In this document: positions 33,734 to 46,982 of the stretch, piece after piece
Layout: every line of letters starts with the position of its first letter
Position numbering within the stretch: position 1 is the stretch's first letter
From: Vicugna vicugna
Lineage: Eukaryota
Direction of reading: 5' to 3'
NCBI GenBank assembly: GCA_013265495.1
Contig: MU057744.1
Location: 1 to 64,000 of the forward strand
Length of the DNA: 64,000 bases
Notes under the pieces: generated by a model
What the model was told of the DNA's origin: nothing
Seen by the model: the letters and a program-made list of their open reading frames with translations, nothing else
Database searches by the model: none
Position numbers and translations under genes: made by a program

Positions 33734-35014
33734 TAAAATATAGATTACCTCTGGAGTTGGGCACACCTAAGGTCTTATCAAGTAGGGAGATTGGGCCCAG
33801 CACATGGTGGGACACTCCTGCCGGACCAGCCCTCAGACCATCCTGGAATATGTTCATTTGTATGTAGGAAAGAAAGAAAGCTTGATTTAGCATCAACATT
33901 AAGTGAAGTAATGGCGTCTCACTTCAGAGACACCACTACCAGCACCGGTGACCACCTGTGCAAACTTCATTCCCTAGCACGCACACAGAAGCTGATTGCA
34001 ACCGCGGGGCTGGTCACATCTTTGCCAAAGTCCTCCGGGGACCCAGGACTACGCAACATGGGACTCGTTGGTCAACACTGGGCTCCTGGAATCCCAGTTC
34101 CCTTTAAAATCAATGGGCTAAGTTAGGATTGCAAAAGGGCCCCAGAAGGGTACAGGATGATTATTGCGTGTTGTGGTGGAAAATGTCTTTGATCAAAAAT
34201 GGTAGACACCGTGGAACAATGAGAAATATCAAGACTCACATACTGGGTACATTTTCCAATGGGCCTAGCTTCTTAATAGGCCCAGCAGGTTTGAAGACTC
34301 AGGGATATCCCCAGGGAGCCCAAGATTATCCCATGATGACATGAGCCCCTGATTCCTGCAGACAGAGAGCCACAGCCCACAACCAGTGGCCGAGACCATA
34401 AGCCAAAGGACTGTCCTCCTGCAGCGGTTGAGTGCAAACGTGACGACACCAGGGTCACATTTAGTCACAAAAGCAACAAGGGATGTAATTCCTGGTCCAG
34501 AGAAAGATCTAACTGTGGCGCATTCCAGCCGCCGTGTGCCGTAAAGCTGGGGCTGGCCAGCACCCTGGCGAAGGCACTGCCAGCCACACAGTCACAGTGT
34601 GTCTGCAACAGCCATGGTCCCTTTCCCCAGCCTTCCTCAGATGGACACGCTCAGTGGGGCCACGTACATACACACACATTTACCAAATAACAACTTGGAG
34701 GGGGTGGTGGGAGCCAGAAAACAAAAGCAAATTGTACTTCTGATTCTGTATTAAAGAGTGTTGTTCTATTCCAGAGCTTCTGCAGGACGGCATGTTCTGG
34801 GGAGCCCTCTGTTTCACTTCCCCCCGTGTTTCCACTTTCTGCTGGGGGTAGAGGTGATGACAGGCTGAGTAGAGAGGGGTTTGGGAGTAGAACATGTGAA
34901 GAGAGGATCCGCCCCGGCTGCTCCTCCATTCCCGAACGTACTTCTCTGCTTTGCCTCTGGACCTCCTGGAACGACTTGCACGTGGGTTTGTGCTCAGTGA
35001 GTGTGTTGAAAGGT

Positions 35015-35410
35015 TGTACCCATTTGCTGGGGCTGCGTAACAAAGGACACAGCCCAGCAGCTTAAACAACAGACATTTATTTCCTCTCCATTCTGGAGGC
35101 TGGAGGTCCAGGATCGAGGTGTTCGCAGGTTGGTTCCTTCAGAGGGAGGGATCTGTTCCAGGCCTCTCTCCTTGGCTGGCAGACAGCCGTCTTCTCCCTG
35201 TGTCTTCACATTGTTTCCCTCTCTGTCTGTCTGGGTCTTAATCTTCTCTTCTGATAAGGACACCAGTCAGATTGGATTCGAGCCTCATTTTAACTGAACG
35301 TGACCTCATTTGAGCTTAATTAGCTCTTTAAAGACCGTCTCCAAATCCAGCCGCAGTCGGAGGTCCTGGGAGCTAGGACTTCAACAGAAAGGAGGCAGGT
35401 GGGGAAATCA
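35015..35410 (-). mobile_element. MLT1B-like MaLR solo LTR
   Basis: GCTTAAACAACAGACATTTATTT, GGCCTCTCTCCTTGGCT, TAAGGACACCAGTCA.ATTGGATT, TAGGACTTCAACA. Confidence 0.85.
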
Positions 35411-38400
35411 ACAAACGTGTGGAGGCCCCCGCCGTGGGCTCAACAGCCTGCCAGGCAGCAGGGACAAAAGACGAGAGATACGGTCTCACAGTGGCTGCAT
35501 GACTAAATGACCGCCCTGGCAAGTAAGTGGATGGATCAGTGATGAACGAACGGGAGAACAGACATCAGAACTGCCCCCAGAGCCCAGGGGCCTGAGCAGC
35601 CGTAACCACAGCGTCCAGAGGCATAGCTGAGTCCAACATTGCCAAACCTATGCCCACCTCCACCTACAAAGGGGTCTCAGAGATGACTAGGGAAGTGAAG
35701 TGGCGAAGGGGCCACTGTTCCCCACCCAGGGGAGCCCAGCCAGCTCCTGTCCAGTTGGGCAAAAGAACCGACCAGAACCAGCACACGCCAAGATGCAGAG
35801 CCCCCAGATGAAGACCAGACGCCTTCACGCTCACCCTGCGGCTCCTGGGAGACCCAGGGGGCACGCCCGCTGTGGGGTCAGCGGCCCCGGGCCACAACCA
35901 CGTGGAAAGCCCCCACGAGCAGCACCTTGGGTTCGCTGTGCCAGGAGGAGGGCCACCTGCCACGGGCCACAGCCAGCTGCTGTGTGGTGACGGGTGGTGC
36001 ACTTTCCCCAGGATGCTGTCCCACCCCTGAAATGGAGTGAAAGTCTCCACATCCTCAACTCCATCCCCTTCAAATGCTCTCTGTGCCCGAAACCGCGACC
36101 GTGAGCAGGGAAGCCAAATTAGAGGAACAGAAAGGCGGCACCTGTCCCTGTGGGCATCAGCGCATCCCTCGACTCAGTGAGTATCATCCGTACTGTGGCC
36201 GTTTACTTAATCAGTCTTCAGGGAGATTTCCAAACGGGTGTTCTGTGACCCAGGCGAGGTCAGGGTTCCTGGAATGGACAGCGTGTCAGAGCCAGCAGGG
36301 GGCAGGCCAGCCGCCCATCTGATCGTGGCCGCAGTGCACAGACCTTGAACCGGTTCCTGTCGCCTGTGTCTGTCAGGCTCACAGTGAACCCTGGTCATCG
36401 GTCAGTTCCTGAACTGCAACAACACACCCACAAATGTACACAGCCATGGCTCCCCACCACCCCGGGCTCGGGTGACCCCCTGTTAGTGTCTTCCAGCACA
36501 TTCTCCCTCCGGCCCAAACAGAACCAGGTCAAAAGGGCCCCTCCTCCGGTCTTCATCACGACCCTGGTGCTCAGAAGCCTCGCACTGGTATTTCCTCTGC
36601 CCTAGTAGGGACTTTTAAGGGGTTTTTATTTGCTTTCATTTTTGCCATGCTTCTGAGAATGGCTCCTTTGTGATTAGCGCCTCCAAGGCCGTCTCTTCAG
36701 AAGATCACACAGCCGCAGCCCCAGGTGTGTATCCCCCAGAAAGTGTCGGGGGAGGGGGACGTGGAGGAAACCCCCATCTTTTAAGGATTTTCGAGCTCTT
36801 CAGTGATGGGCTCTGAGGCCACGTCCCGGGGAGCGGGGCCCGGGATTAGCAGGCCTCTCGGGGCGGCTGAACTCCGGGTCCATCTCTAATGGTGATGCTG
36901 GGAGGCGTGACAAGGAGGCTGCCACTGGGTACCTTCCCTGCCTTGAGGAGGAAGCTTCTCAACGAGACTGGAATCACTGCTCTATGGAAGGTGGCGTAGG
37001 AGGCACGAGGGAGCCTGGCAGGGTCAGGTTTCGTGGCCGGCGTACCCAGAGCCCCTGTGGGAAGCCCCAGCGTTTCTGTTACGTGTGGCTCACAGCAGAG
37101 ACCCCCTGGAACATGTCAGCAGTTGAATTCCAGCCGTCCTGATGGAGCCGGACCGGCTGACCTCTGCAGTGGCCCTGGGGGCAGGAGGGGATGGCTGGTG
37201 GGGTGCGGGGTGGGGGGAGCATTATCTAAGGTTATTTAGGACATTAAAATACAGAACTCTAGTAGCAATTTTGAGAGGATTTCAAAGTCTTTATCAAGTC
37301 AGTGCTTCTAGGATGACGTCCTCAGGCAGAGGTAATTATCTGGATTATTGAAATGTTTCTTTGGGTGACGGTGGTGGTGGCCTTCAGGCCTAACGACAGA
37401 GCCTTGGGAAACAGAGCTCCGGAATAAATGCAATCATGACTCTTCTCGTCCAAAGGGAGCAGCAGGAGTCCTGGCCCTCTCCTGGGTCTCACTGGCTGGA
37501 CGGACAGATGGACTCCAGGAGAGAGTTCAACTCTGTCTTCTGTCAGTCTCACCCCTGCCAAGGCCCAGCCTCTCAGAACCTAGCTGCCCCTTCAAATTAG
37601 ACTCCCAGATCCCAGGAAGCCCCCAGCGTGGGCCCAGGCCTGGGAGACGCATCAGCTACCCACTGCCCTGGTCTCTCTCAGCGGAAACAGCAGGAAGGCG
37701 TCGAGTCAGGAGGGCTCCCCCAACCTGGAGGGAGGCACAGAGTCCCGCTAAAACCCCATATTCATCCGAAAGGGTCAAAGGAGGGCCAACAACCACAGGG
37801 GTCAGAGCCTCAGTTTTGGCTCCGAGTTCAAAGAATCGAGCTAAAGCCACATGGGGCCCCCTGGCACCACCCTAAAAAACGGATCCCAACCTGAGTCAGA
37901 GAGGAAGCCGACAGGCGCTGAATCACCCGTCCACTTCCTCTACCCGCAGCAGCTCGGCCAAGGCCAGCAGCCACTTCCAAGGGGCAGCTTAGTGACTGAC
38001 ACTCGGAAAAGTTGATGTCCCCGAGAAGGACATGTAGGGCCAGGCTCACGCGGCCCAAACCGCCACGACCGGCCTCCCCCCGGCCCCCCTGCCCCCGGCA
38101 TTTTCCAGAGCAAAAGCTTCACATCTTGTGACAGCCCCTGTCCTGTTCTGCGCTGCCCTGGGCTGGGCTATTTTTCACTTCCCTGTTCAGAACACAGCCA
38201 CATTTTCCAAATGCCATGAATCATCGCCACCGAGCAACGGCCATTCAGCCAGGCAGGAAACCACGGAGCGCCAGACCTAGAAGGAACAGCCCTCTGCAGC
38301 AACCCTGTGCTGCCCCGGCCATCACGGAGGCCACCGGACAGAGCTGCCACTCCGGCCACTCAACTGCTCCACCATCATCCCCAGTAGCTGTCCCCTACTG

Positions 38401-38934
38401 CCCGAGCCCCCCGTGCACCAGGTCACAGGCGGCATGAGGCATTTCTGACTTAGTTCTAACGGCTCTCTTGGTGGCACTGGCTTTAAACCAAAGCTGTCCT
38501 CTTCTGAACTCGGGAGGGAGAGAAATGGACAGGTCCGTTCAAGACCCAGGAAGCTGGGATGGATCAGACAGGTGCTGCACAGAGCGGAGCCTCCAACAGA
38601 ACACAGGGAGGTGACTCTCTGCCAGCAAGTGGCCTTGCAAGTATGGTACAAATGTCATCCTTGTCATTCAAGCCCCTTTATGACCGGAACCCTGTGGCCT
38701 TGAGCCCAAAAGTCATCACCAGGGCGTCTATGAATAAAAAAATCAATGAAAGGGTTATCATCCTCCAAGAGTCGCAGACTCTCCTGCACCAGGCTCCTGG
38801 CTCCTTTGAAAAATACTTTCGTCTGCTTTCGTGCTAGTCTTGGGTTCTCATAAGTCAGCAAGGAGAGCCTGATATGAAGTCATTATTTTTGGCTCTATTT
38901 AACCATAGACAGTGCCATTCGAAAGCAAAGCGAT

Positions 38935-39770
38935 CTAGGAAATGCAAATCAACACGACACCGTGTCAGTTTTAACCTATGGGACGGACCAAAACTGTAAA
39001 TATGGACGCTGGCCACAGCCAACGTTGGCCAGGGAGTGGGAAACGGACACTGTGCTATACCAGCAGTGAACCTGAAACTCTCTGTACTTTCTGGAGGCAG
39101 TTTGATTTTATGCATTACAATTAGTAGTGAGCAACTTTGACTCCTTAAGTTCAAGACTAGGGATCTACCCTCAGATGAACCACCAGGAAAAGGCACCAAA
39201 ACATTAAGTACAAAGAAAGTCATCACAGGGCGGTAAAGAAATACCAAAAAAATAAAAGATAAACAAATAAAATGACCTAGATATGATTGAGCCAGTGAAT
39301 TATAGTATATTTGATAAAAATACTATGCAACTGTTACAAATAATATTGGGTGGAGAAGGTAGAGCTCAGTGGTAGAGCGTGTGCTTAACATGCACGAGGT
39401 CCTGGGTTCAATTCCCAGTCCCTCCATTAAAAATAAATAAATAACCTAATTACCTCCCCCACCCCAAAAAAGTTTTTAAATAAAAGTGTTGGAAATCTCC
39501 AACCACAGCCATAAAACCGTATTCGCTTGGGTCATTTTGATAAAAGTAGGAGACAAAAAATGTGTGGCCCATTTATGTAAGTGCTGATGGTGTGTGGGCA
39601 GAAAAGAGACACCTGGATGTTTTATCGAGTTGTTAGCAGTGCTCATCTGCAGAGGTGGATTTCAGGGTGATTTTTACCTTCTCCATAGTTTCTGTATTTC
39701 TTAAAATTTTTCAGAGGAATTATGAAGTATTCTGATGATCAGAGAAAAGTATATATTTTCATTTTAAAAC
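38935..39770 (+). mobile_element. Old L1ME-type 3' region, interrupted by a SINE
   Basis: GGAAATGCAAATCAA, CTTTCTGGAGGCAGTTTG and a diverged 3' terminus. Confidence 0.55.
39349..39480 (+). mobile_element. tRNA-Ala-derived SINE (Vic-1-type), long form
   Basis: Head plus AACCTAATTACCTCCCCC extension. Confidence 0.9.
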
Positions 39771-40194
39771 CCAAAGTAACACAAATACAAAAGCTGTCTG
39801 GTTCCCTGACAGGCTGTATCTGTCCAAGATGAGTTGCGGGTTCTCTTCTGGTAGAAGGTGTTACCGTGGACCGTTCTGCCAGGAAGGTTTGGGCTCTGGG
39901 TCATTTCTCCTGAGTTCTAATGGGCTGAACTGGATCTTCCGTGCTCCGCGAAGCAGCTCCTGTGTCTGACCAGAGTCACAGTGGAGACTGACCTGTGGCA
40001 GAGTTTTCTCCCGCAAGCGCCACACATCCTATGCAGGTTATCAGATCCTAGGTTCCAGTGCTTGCAATGAACCAAATTAACGAACGCAGACCTTTCTGGG
40101 CAGCCAAGCAGATTTAGATGTTTAGAAAATATGTGAATCACAACCCTCGGAAATAAATTCCAGACCCCCGAAGCTCATAGAAACTAAATCCAGA

Positions 40195-40325
40195 AAGATC
40201 TTGAAGGAATCATCTATTCTGGACCTCTCATTTGACACGTGAGGGAACCAAGGCACAGAGAAGTGAGGTGACTTGCCCAAGGCCACACAGCTTCTGGGTG
40301 ACAGAGCCCAGAAGAGAACTTGTGT
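40195..40325 (-). mobile_element. MIR-family SINE fragment
   Basis: CTCATTTGACACGTGAGGGAACCAAGGCACAGAGAAGTGAGGTGACTTGCCCAAGGCCACACAGC. Confidence 0.8.
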
Positions 40326-40615
40326 CACCCAACCGGCAATTCAAGGTTCCTTTTGCCCTTTCACAACGGGGACCAGGACAGTGGGCGAAGGTGGGCACTA
40401 ATGCTGAAGGTGTCCTTCATGCCCTCAGAAACTACTCCTGTGGAGGGTCCAGAAGGTACCAGGATGATCCTAGGCTCTGTAGAAGCATCTAGAGTTACCT
40501 GTAGGCATTCTTAACCAAGACGTCATATATGTTCCTACAAGGTGGCACACACAGAGCTTTCATCGCATTTCCAAAGGAAATCCCTGTACAACCAAAATTA
40601 AGTACTAACGAACCA

Positions 40616-40835
40616 GGGTATGGGTTGTAAACTTGCTATGTAGAAAGTAAATAATGTGGCTTCGCAGTCCACATGGTTTCTGTCCCAACTGCTCAGCTCT
40701 GCCCTTGTACCGTGAAAGCAGTCACAGACGGTCCACCAACAAATGGGCGTGGCTGAGTTCCAATAAAACTTTATTTACAAAAACAGGCTGTGGGCCGGAT
40801 TTGGCCCAGGCAGTCGTAGGCCGAACCCCTCCCCC
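40616..40835 (+). mobile_element. MER58A-like DNA transposon fossil
   Basis: GGCGTGGCTGAGTTCCAATAAAACTTTATTTACAAAAACAGGC.GTGGGCCGGATTTGGCCC. Confidence 0.85.
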
Positions 40836-41133
40836 CGACCCAACTCAGAGGCCCTGAGCAGCTACCTTCCCCTTACTTCAGATGCTGCTTCTGGTTGTGG
40901 ACCGAGGGACAGCCACATTCCTGCCAATGGATGGACCCAGCTCTGAGCCCGGGACCACCGATGAAGTGGGGAAACACAAAAAAGGAGTTTGTTTCACTTT
41001 TTCGTTAAACAACAGGTTCTTTGAATTCCTAATTGGAAACTTTCACACATGAACTGAGGTTGCTGCAACTCATTTCCTGAAGTCCTGCTGGCCCGGTTTT
41101 ATTTTGAGTAAAATGGTCGTTGAATGGGGAGGG

Positions 41134-41187
41134 TGACCTTTGACCTCTAGTGGCTGTCTGCAATATACCTTACTGGCTCATTTGCAT
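41134..41187. promoter_or_regulatory. Perfect DR1 nuclear-receptor element overlapping a CTCF-like core, with a nearby octamer
   Basis: TGACCTTTGACCT 41134-41146; minus-strand CCACTAGAGGTCA 41141-41153; ATTTGCAT 41180-41187. Confidence 0.5.
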
Positions 41188-43356
41188 ACAGGGTGTTAGA
41201 AACCTGCTGGCACATTCTCCTCTTTTCACAGAAAATTCTGACTTCCTTGATCAGATAGGGACTAAAACAAGATCTCAAGACAAAAAACAAAGCTAGGAAG
41301 GAACTGGAGGCTTTTTTTTTCCTCTCTTGTTGTTGGCCAAAAACACTCTTCAGTTCAAACCGAGAAGCAGATACTGAGCATCTCTTGTGTCACCCTAAGG
41401 GGGGATCAGGAGCTAGGACATCCTCTGCTCTTGTACGAAAGATGGGACTCTTCCCTCGGTTGGACCCTCACCTAGGACCCGGCACCCCCTGCCCCGCAGC
41501 CCTTTCCAAATTCCTGCAGCGAAACGACTGCCACTTAGTCCTCACAGCAAGAAGCAGGCGACGCATGTGTGTGTCCATCTGTGTGACAACTGTTCTAAGT
41601 ACTCTATGTGCCTGCACATCAGATGTACCCTTGGGAGATACTTGCTTAGTGGTAGGGGTGTGCTTTCTGGGTGATTTTAGACCCTTTTCACACTTCAGCA
41701 TTGGGACACACAGGAACAGTTCTAAGGGACACAGAAGGTGATGAAGTCTCCTAACAGGAGAACAGAGACAGCAAGCCACCTGGGGACTGGCCAAGGATGA
41801 GCCGACGCTGAGTCTGGGGCCCCGGGTGTCCCCTCTGGGTGTCCTGATCCCTGGGCGTGCCTCCCTCAGGCTGTCTCCTGCTGAGAGCCCAATGTTACGA
41901 CATCTAAAGTGGCTTCCAGAAGATTCAGAGGTGCCCCTTTTCTTCCTTTTTCTCTTGCTATCCGGACATGCTTCCCAGCCTTCCCGTGGAAAATCCCAGA
42001 GCCGGCCACTTCCTGTTTTTGTTTTGCTCTCCTCCCCCATTGCTGTGCCATTTGACCTTCTGTCCTCTTCTTGATCTTCGTCTCAAGCTGCGAAAGCGTC
42101 CCCAGGTCCAAGCAGTTCATGGGCAGCTGAGATTTCCGTCCCCGCTCTGCTCACCCCTGCCTGTGCTTCAATAAATCCTGGCTCTTCGTGGTCCTCCAAG
42201 GGGCTTCCTCACACCAAAGTGGGGTGCTGAAAAGATGAAGAGACTGGTTTGGGGAAACACTTGCCCAACAGCAATGCAAATTTTAGCAACAGTTGTTGTT
42301 CAGTGCTGAGCCACTTTTATTTGGCGCAAGGAGTGTCCTTTTGCTTTGTTTTGACGATTAGACTAGCTGGGAGCCTGCCCTGGTGACGCCTGATGATCTT
42401 TTTTCCTCTTTCTGCTGTTGTGTCCCCATCCCCGGGCCCTGCATACCTGGCATATTTGGAGAGAGCAGGAGCTGGCCTGAGGCCACTTTTAGAAGGCCCT
42501 TCTCTGTTCTGAGGTCCTGTTTCCAGTGCAGTCCCTTCGCTTTGTTCTCTTTGTCCCACTGCACAGCCGGTACCAGATGCGGGCAGTGGCTCCAGATCGG
42601 GCTGGCTGGAAACTCCCGGACCCCATCATCCAGAGGGGGAGCGTGTGAAACTGTCAAAGGAAGTGTTAGCCATGCGCCAGTCTTAGGGGAATTTCCCCCA
42701 AACACATCTGACACATACGAAGAAAAAGGGAAGAAAGAACCAAACAATAAACCACCACTGCCTTTGAGAACTTACTTATTGGAGCAGATGTCCACCATAG
42801 GCTGGCTCTGGCTTGAGCTGGGTGACTTTTTCTACTGCAGTGAAGATCTCTGGTCCTCAGCTCTGCTCTCCCTGAAGGTGCTGGGAGAGACTCTTTGAGT
42901 TTGCCAGAGCCAGGCACTCCCGGCTGGAAAGACCAGTGGAAACAGGGTGAAATCTGGTGACACCTGGCTCCGTCATGGTCTGTCGAACCGCGCTAGGTCT
43001 CCCTTAAATCTTACCTCGACGAAAGGTCAACCAAATTCATATCACAGGAAAACCTGAACTTAATGCTCTTCTCCAAATTGTTTTCAATTTCCCACGCGGA
43101 GAAGAGATTGAATCATTTTGTTAATAAGCAAAGGTCTTCTTTTTCCACCTTCTGTCGTATAAACGTCAAAGAAAAAAAAGAAAGCTTCACAGTTCCAGCA
43201 TTTTAAAAAAGTCAAGTGGAGATAAAACAGATGATCCTCCAGAGAGGGAAAAAAGCAACCTTAACTCCAAAACCATAAAACCTTAAGTTATCTAATGTTT
43301 AACTCTCTCAACAAAAGCCTTGTGGAATGTTCAAGAATAATTAAAAGTGTAGACCT

Positions 43357-43495
43357 CGGGGAAGGTATCGCTCAGGGGTAGAGCACGTGCTTAGCACGCA
43401 TGAGGTCCTGGGTTCAATCCCCAGTGCCTCCATTAAGTAAGTAAATAAATAAACCTGATTACCTCTCCCCACCTCAAAGAAAAAAAACTAATGAA
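43357..43495 (+). mobile_element. tRNA-Ala-derived SINE (Vic-1-type), long form
   Basis: Head, AAACCTGATTACCTC extension, AAAAGTGTA flanking repeat. Confidence 0.9.
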
Positions 43496-43639
43496 AAGTG
43501 TAAGCTGTGCAGGAGCAACAGCCCAGATGATTCCAGGTTTCTTGAACCCTTAGATGAATCAAAGCACTGGACTAAGAAAGCCAGGGACAGTGAGGGAATG
43601 CTTGTGAGTCAAGCCATAACATAAAATTCAGAGGTCTGA

Positions 43640-44320
43640 TTGCACACTTATGTTCACAGCAGCATAATTCACATTATCCAAAGGGTGGGAACAAACCAAG
43701 TGTAGATCAGTGAGTGAATGGATAAAATAACCATGGCATGGCCGTACAATGGAATATTACCCAGTCATAAAAAGGAGGGAAATTCTGACATCTGCTACAA
43801 CTTGGATGAACCCTCGGAACATTATGCTCAGTGAAATAAGCCAGTCACAGAAGAACAAATACTGTATGAGTCCACTGATAGGGGGGCCCTAGGGGAGTCA
43901 AATTCATAGAGACAGAAAGTAGAATGGTGGTTGCCAGGGGCTGAGGGGGAGAGGAGAGGAATAGGAAGTTATTGTTTAGTGGGGACAGAGTTTCAGTTGG
44001 GGATAATGAAGAAGTTCTGGAGATGGATGATGATAATGGTTGCACAAGAATGTGGACATGAACTGTACGTTTAGAAATGGCTGAGGGGGGAGGGTATAGC
44101 TCAGTGGTAGAGCACATGCTTAGCATGCACGAGGTCGTGGATTCAATCCCCATTCCTTCCATTAAAAAATGTTTTTAAACAAACAAGTAAATGAATAAAC
44201 CTAATCTCCGCCCCCTCGCCCCCTAAAAAAAAGCTTAAAAAAAGAGAGATGGCTGAGATGGTCAAGTTTACATTATGTATATTTTGCCACAATTTCAAAA
44301 TCTTTCTTATTAAAAATTTT
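43640..44320 (+). mobile_element. L1MB-type 3' end, interrupted by a SINE
   Basis: CATTATGCTCAGTGAAATAAGCCAGTCACAGAAG, GAGACAGAAAGTAGAATGGTGGTTGCCAGGGGCTG. Confidence 0.9.
44086..44244 (+). mobile_element. tRNA-Ala-derived SINE (Vic-1-type), long form, nested in L1MB
   Basis: TSD AGARATGGCTGAG at 44073-44085 and 44245-44257. Confidence 0.95.
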
Positions 44321-44982
44321 TTAGATTCATGGTTCTGAGTAAAGAGTATTGAGCGAGTAAATCTGCCCCCGCTTTACATGCATGCACACCAGCTCTTCTC
44401 GGAGAAACCCACTGGTCCTGCCTTCAATCTGGAGCCCACACAGAGTTGTGAATCTGCACACCTGTGTTTTGGCCTCGGAACTTCACTGGGGACACCACGT
44501 CCACATCCGTGAGGCAGAGAAAGGGCAGCTCTTTGAACGATGGAAAAACCAAGGGTCATGCAGTTTACATAGTTTGCGCAAGGCTGCGCAGTTCACAGGG
44601 TGGCCCTGGTTCAAAGCTCCTGTCTGGCCCTGTCTCCAGGTGTACAGCCCCCTAGAGTGCCGAATAAAACACAGGACAAAGCCAACATGGGCCTGTGGAG
44701 AGATGGGAGTGTGCCATCTGGGTCCTAAAGCCAACGCCATGTGGACCAAGGCAATCCTGGAGGACCTGGCAATCACCGGGTGAAAGCGCGTTCCCAGCGC
44801 CCCGGGCAGTGGAAGACGCACAAGGCAGGAGGCGGGATCTCCAGCGCCAGCCACAAAACGAGGGCCAGTGCAGAGATGGGGAAAGTGGTGAGTGTGGCCC
44901 GAGCAGGGAGGAGAGTCCATCCAGCTGAGGCCTGGACGGGGCGCGGGGCCGGGGACTGGAGGAAAGCAAGTCTCTGCTTTCC

Positions 44983-45886
44983 TTTTTTTTTTAAATTGAA
45001 GTGTAATTGATTTACAGAATATTAGTTTCAGGTGTACAACATGGTGATTCAATATTTTTACAGCTTATACTCCATTTAAAGTCGTTGCAAGCTATATATG
45101 TGGCTGTATTTCCCCGTGCTGTACAATGCATCCTTGTTGCTTATTTAGTTTATACAGTGCAGTTTGTATCTCTCCATCCCCTCCCCCTACCTTGCCCCTG
45201 CCCACCTTCCCTCTCCCCACTGGTAACCACTAAGTTTGTTTTCCGTATCTGTGAGTCTATTTCTATTTTGTAATATCCACCTATTTGCTTTACTTTTTAG
45301 ATTTCACATGTAAGTGACAGCATAGAGCATTTGTCCCTCTCTGACTTATTTCACTGAGTGTAACACCCTCTAGGTCCATCCATGTTGCAGCAAATGGCGG
45401 TATTTCATTCTTTTATACAGCTGACTAATATTCCACTATATATTCTCTATATACATGTATATATCACAGATACATATATGTATTACAAATACATATACCT
45501 CCCATCTTCTTCATCCAGTTGTCTGTTCACGGGCACTCAGGCTGCTTCCACGTCTTGGCTGTTGTAAGTAGCGCTGCTGTGAACACTGGGGCGCGTGCGT
45601 CTTTTTGAATTGGTGTTTTCGTTTTCTTCAGATGTATGCCCAGCAGTGGGATTACTGGGGCCCACAGTAGTTCTAGTTTTAGTTTTTTGAGGAACCTCCG
45701 TATTGTTTTCCACAGCGGCTGCACCAATTTACGTTCCCACCAACAGTGTAGGAGGGCTCCCTTTTCTCCACATCCTCTCCAACCTTTGCTTTTGTTGACT
45801 TTTTGCTGACGGCCATTCTGACAGGTGTGAGGTGATACCTCATTGTGGTTTTGATTTGCATTTCCCTGATGATCAGCAATGTTGAA
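44983..45886 (-). mobile_element. L1 3' ~900 bp including the C-terminal remnant of ORF2
   Basis: ORF track gives the L1 ORF2 C-terminal peptides IIREMQIKTTMRYHLTPVRMA and [19 protein letters not shown]; poly-T at left; CTTTCCTTT on both flanks. Confidence 0.95.
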
Positions 45887-46982
45887 TTGACTTTCCTTTA
45901 TAGCAAAAGGCCCTCAAAAAAGAGTCACTTCGATTCTGGGAACCAATCTTAGGGCCAAGTGCTCTCACTCTGTGGTCTTAAATGTCATCTTGTCCTGATG
46001 GTCCTCAAACTTATGTCTCCTCAGCCTCACCGCAGAGCTCAGACTCAGGCACCCCCACTCCTCACGGCTGTAAGCGGCGCCCCCGTTCTGGGCAAAGCAT
46101 GTCCGGCATCCTCGGCCAGCCTCTCCCCCTCACACTCAGCCTCACCCCGATGGCTTCATTTCCAGCATCTGCTGCCAACGCCCCCTCCTCCCCTCCGCAC
46201 CTTCCCCTCTCCCCTGGAGCACCGTGTGGGTGGGGGTCCTCCTAACTGCTCTCTCCTATGCCCACGCCCTCATACCCCACACACCTGTGATGGCCTGTGA
46301 CCTGGGGACAGGTGCCGGGTGGCCTGGGGCTGAGGCCAGACCAGGGGGTGTGGGGCTGACAGGGTTCTTTGCTTCTAGTTCAGTTCACTTCGGGAACTGG
46401 TGGGCCCCGCTTTGAAGGCCTCCAGGATCCATTCCAGACAGAACTCGTGGTCCTAAGAGGACCTCTCCAATCAGGTCCCCAGCTCCTTCTAAAAGCCGTG
46501 TGCCACACGCACCTCTCTGAGGCCAGGCAGGCTTCAGGGCTACTGGGCACCTGGATGGGCTCCGTCTGGTCCCCACGGTCCCCACAGGAGCACCGCGTCC
46601 AGGAGGGAGCCGGCTCCCCGCAGCTCCCGGGAAGCCACCCAGACAGCTGGCAGCCTCAGCAACAGAGCACCCTGGAGGAGGAGCCCCCTATTGGTAAGGC
46701 CACATCTGCAGGGGCCCTTTCCCTCTCAAAGCACACTTTTTCCACCAAGGCGCGGTCAAAATGCACTCATTAGAGAAATCAGTGATGGGCGCTTTTGAGA
46801 GCAAACACAGAAGCCACAGCTGGTTTACAACCTTCCCTTGGAAATCCCAGCAAAAATACATCCTATAATTTACCCTGGGGAGGCCGCCAGACAAGGAAAT
46901 ATATACAGATATCTATATATATATGGAGTGTGTGTGTGTGTGCGCGTGTGTGTGTGTGCACCCAAACCAGACCAGGACGTGC

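Noticed and set aside
44086..44162. Apparent tRNA-Ala(AGC) genes here and at other SINE heads
   Set aside because: They carry A-rich tails, TSDs and stem-breaking substitutions, so they are SINE copies rather than functional tRNA genes.
45527..45879. ORFs with clear protein similarity (also 51488-51670)
   Set aside because: Frameshifted fragments of the L1 ORF2 C-terminus, not host genes.
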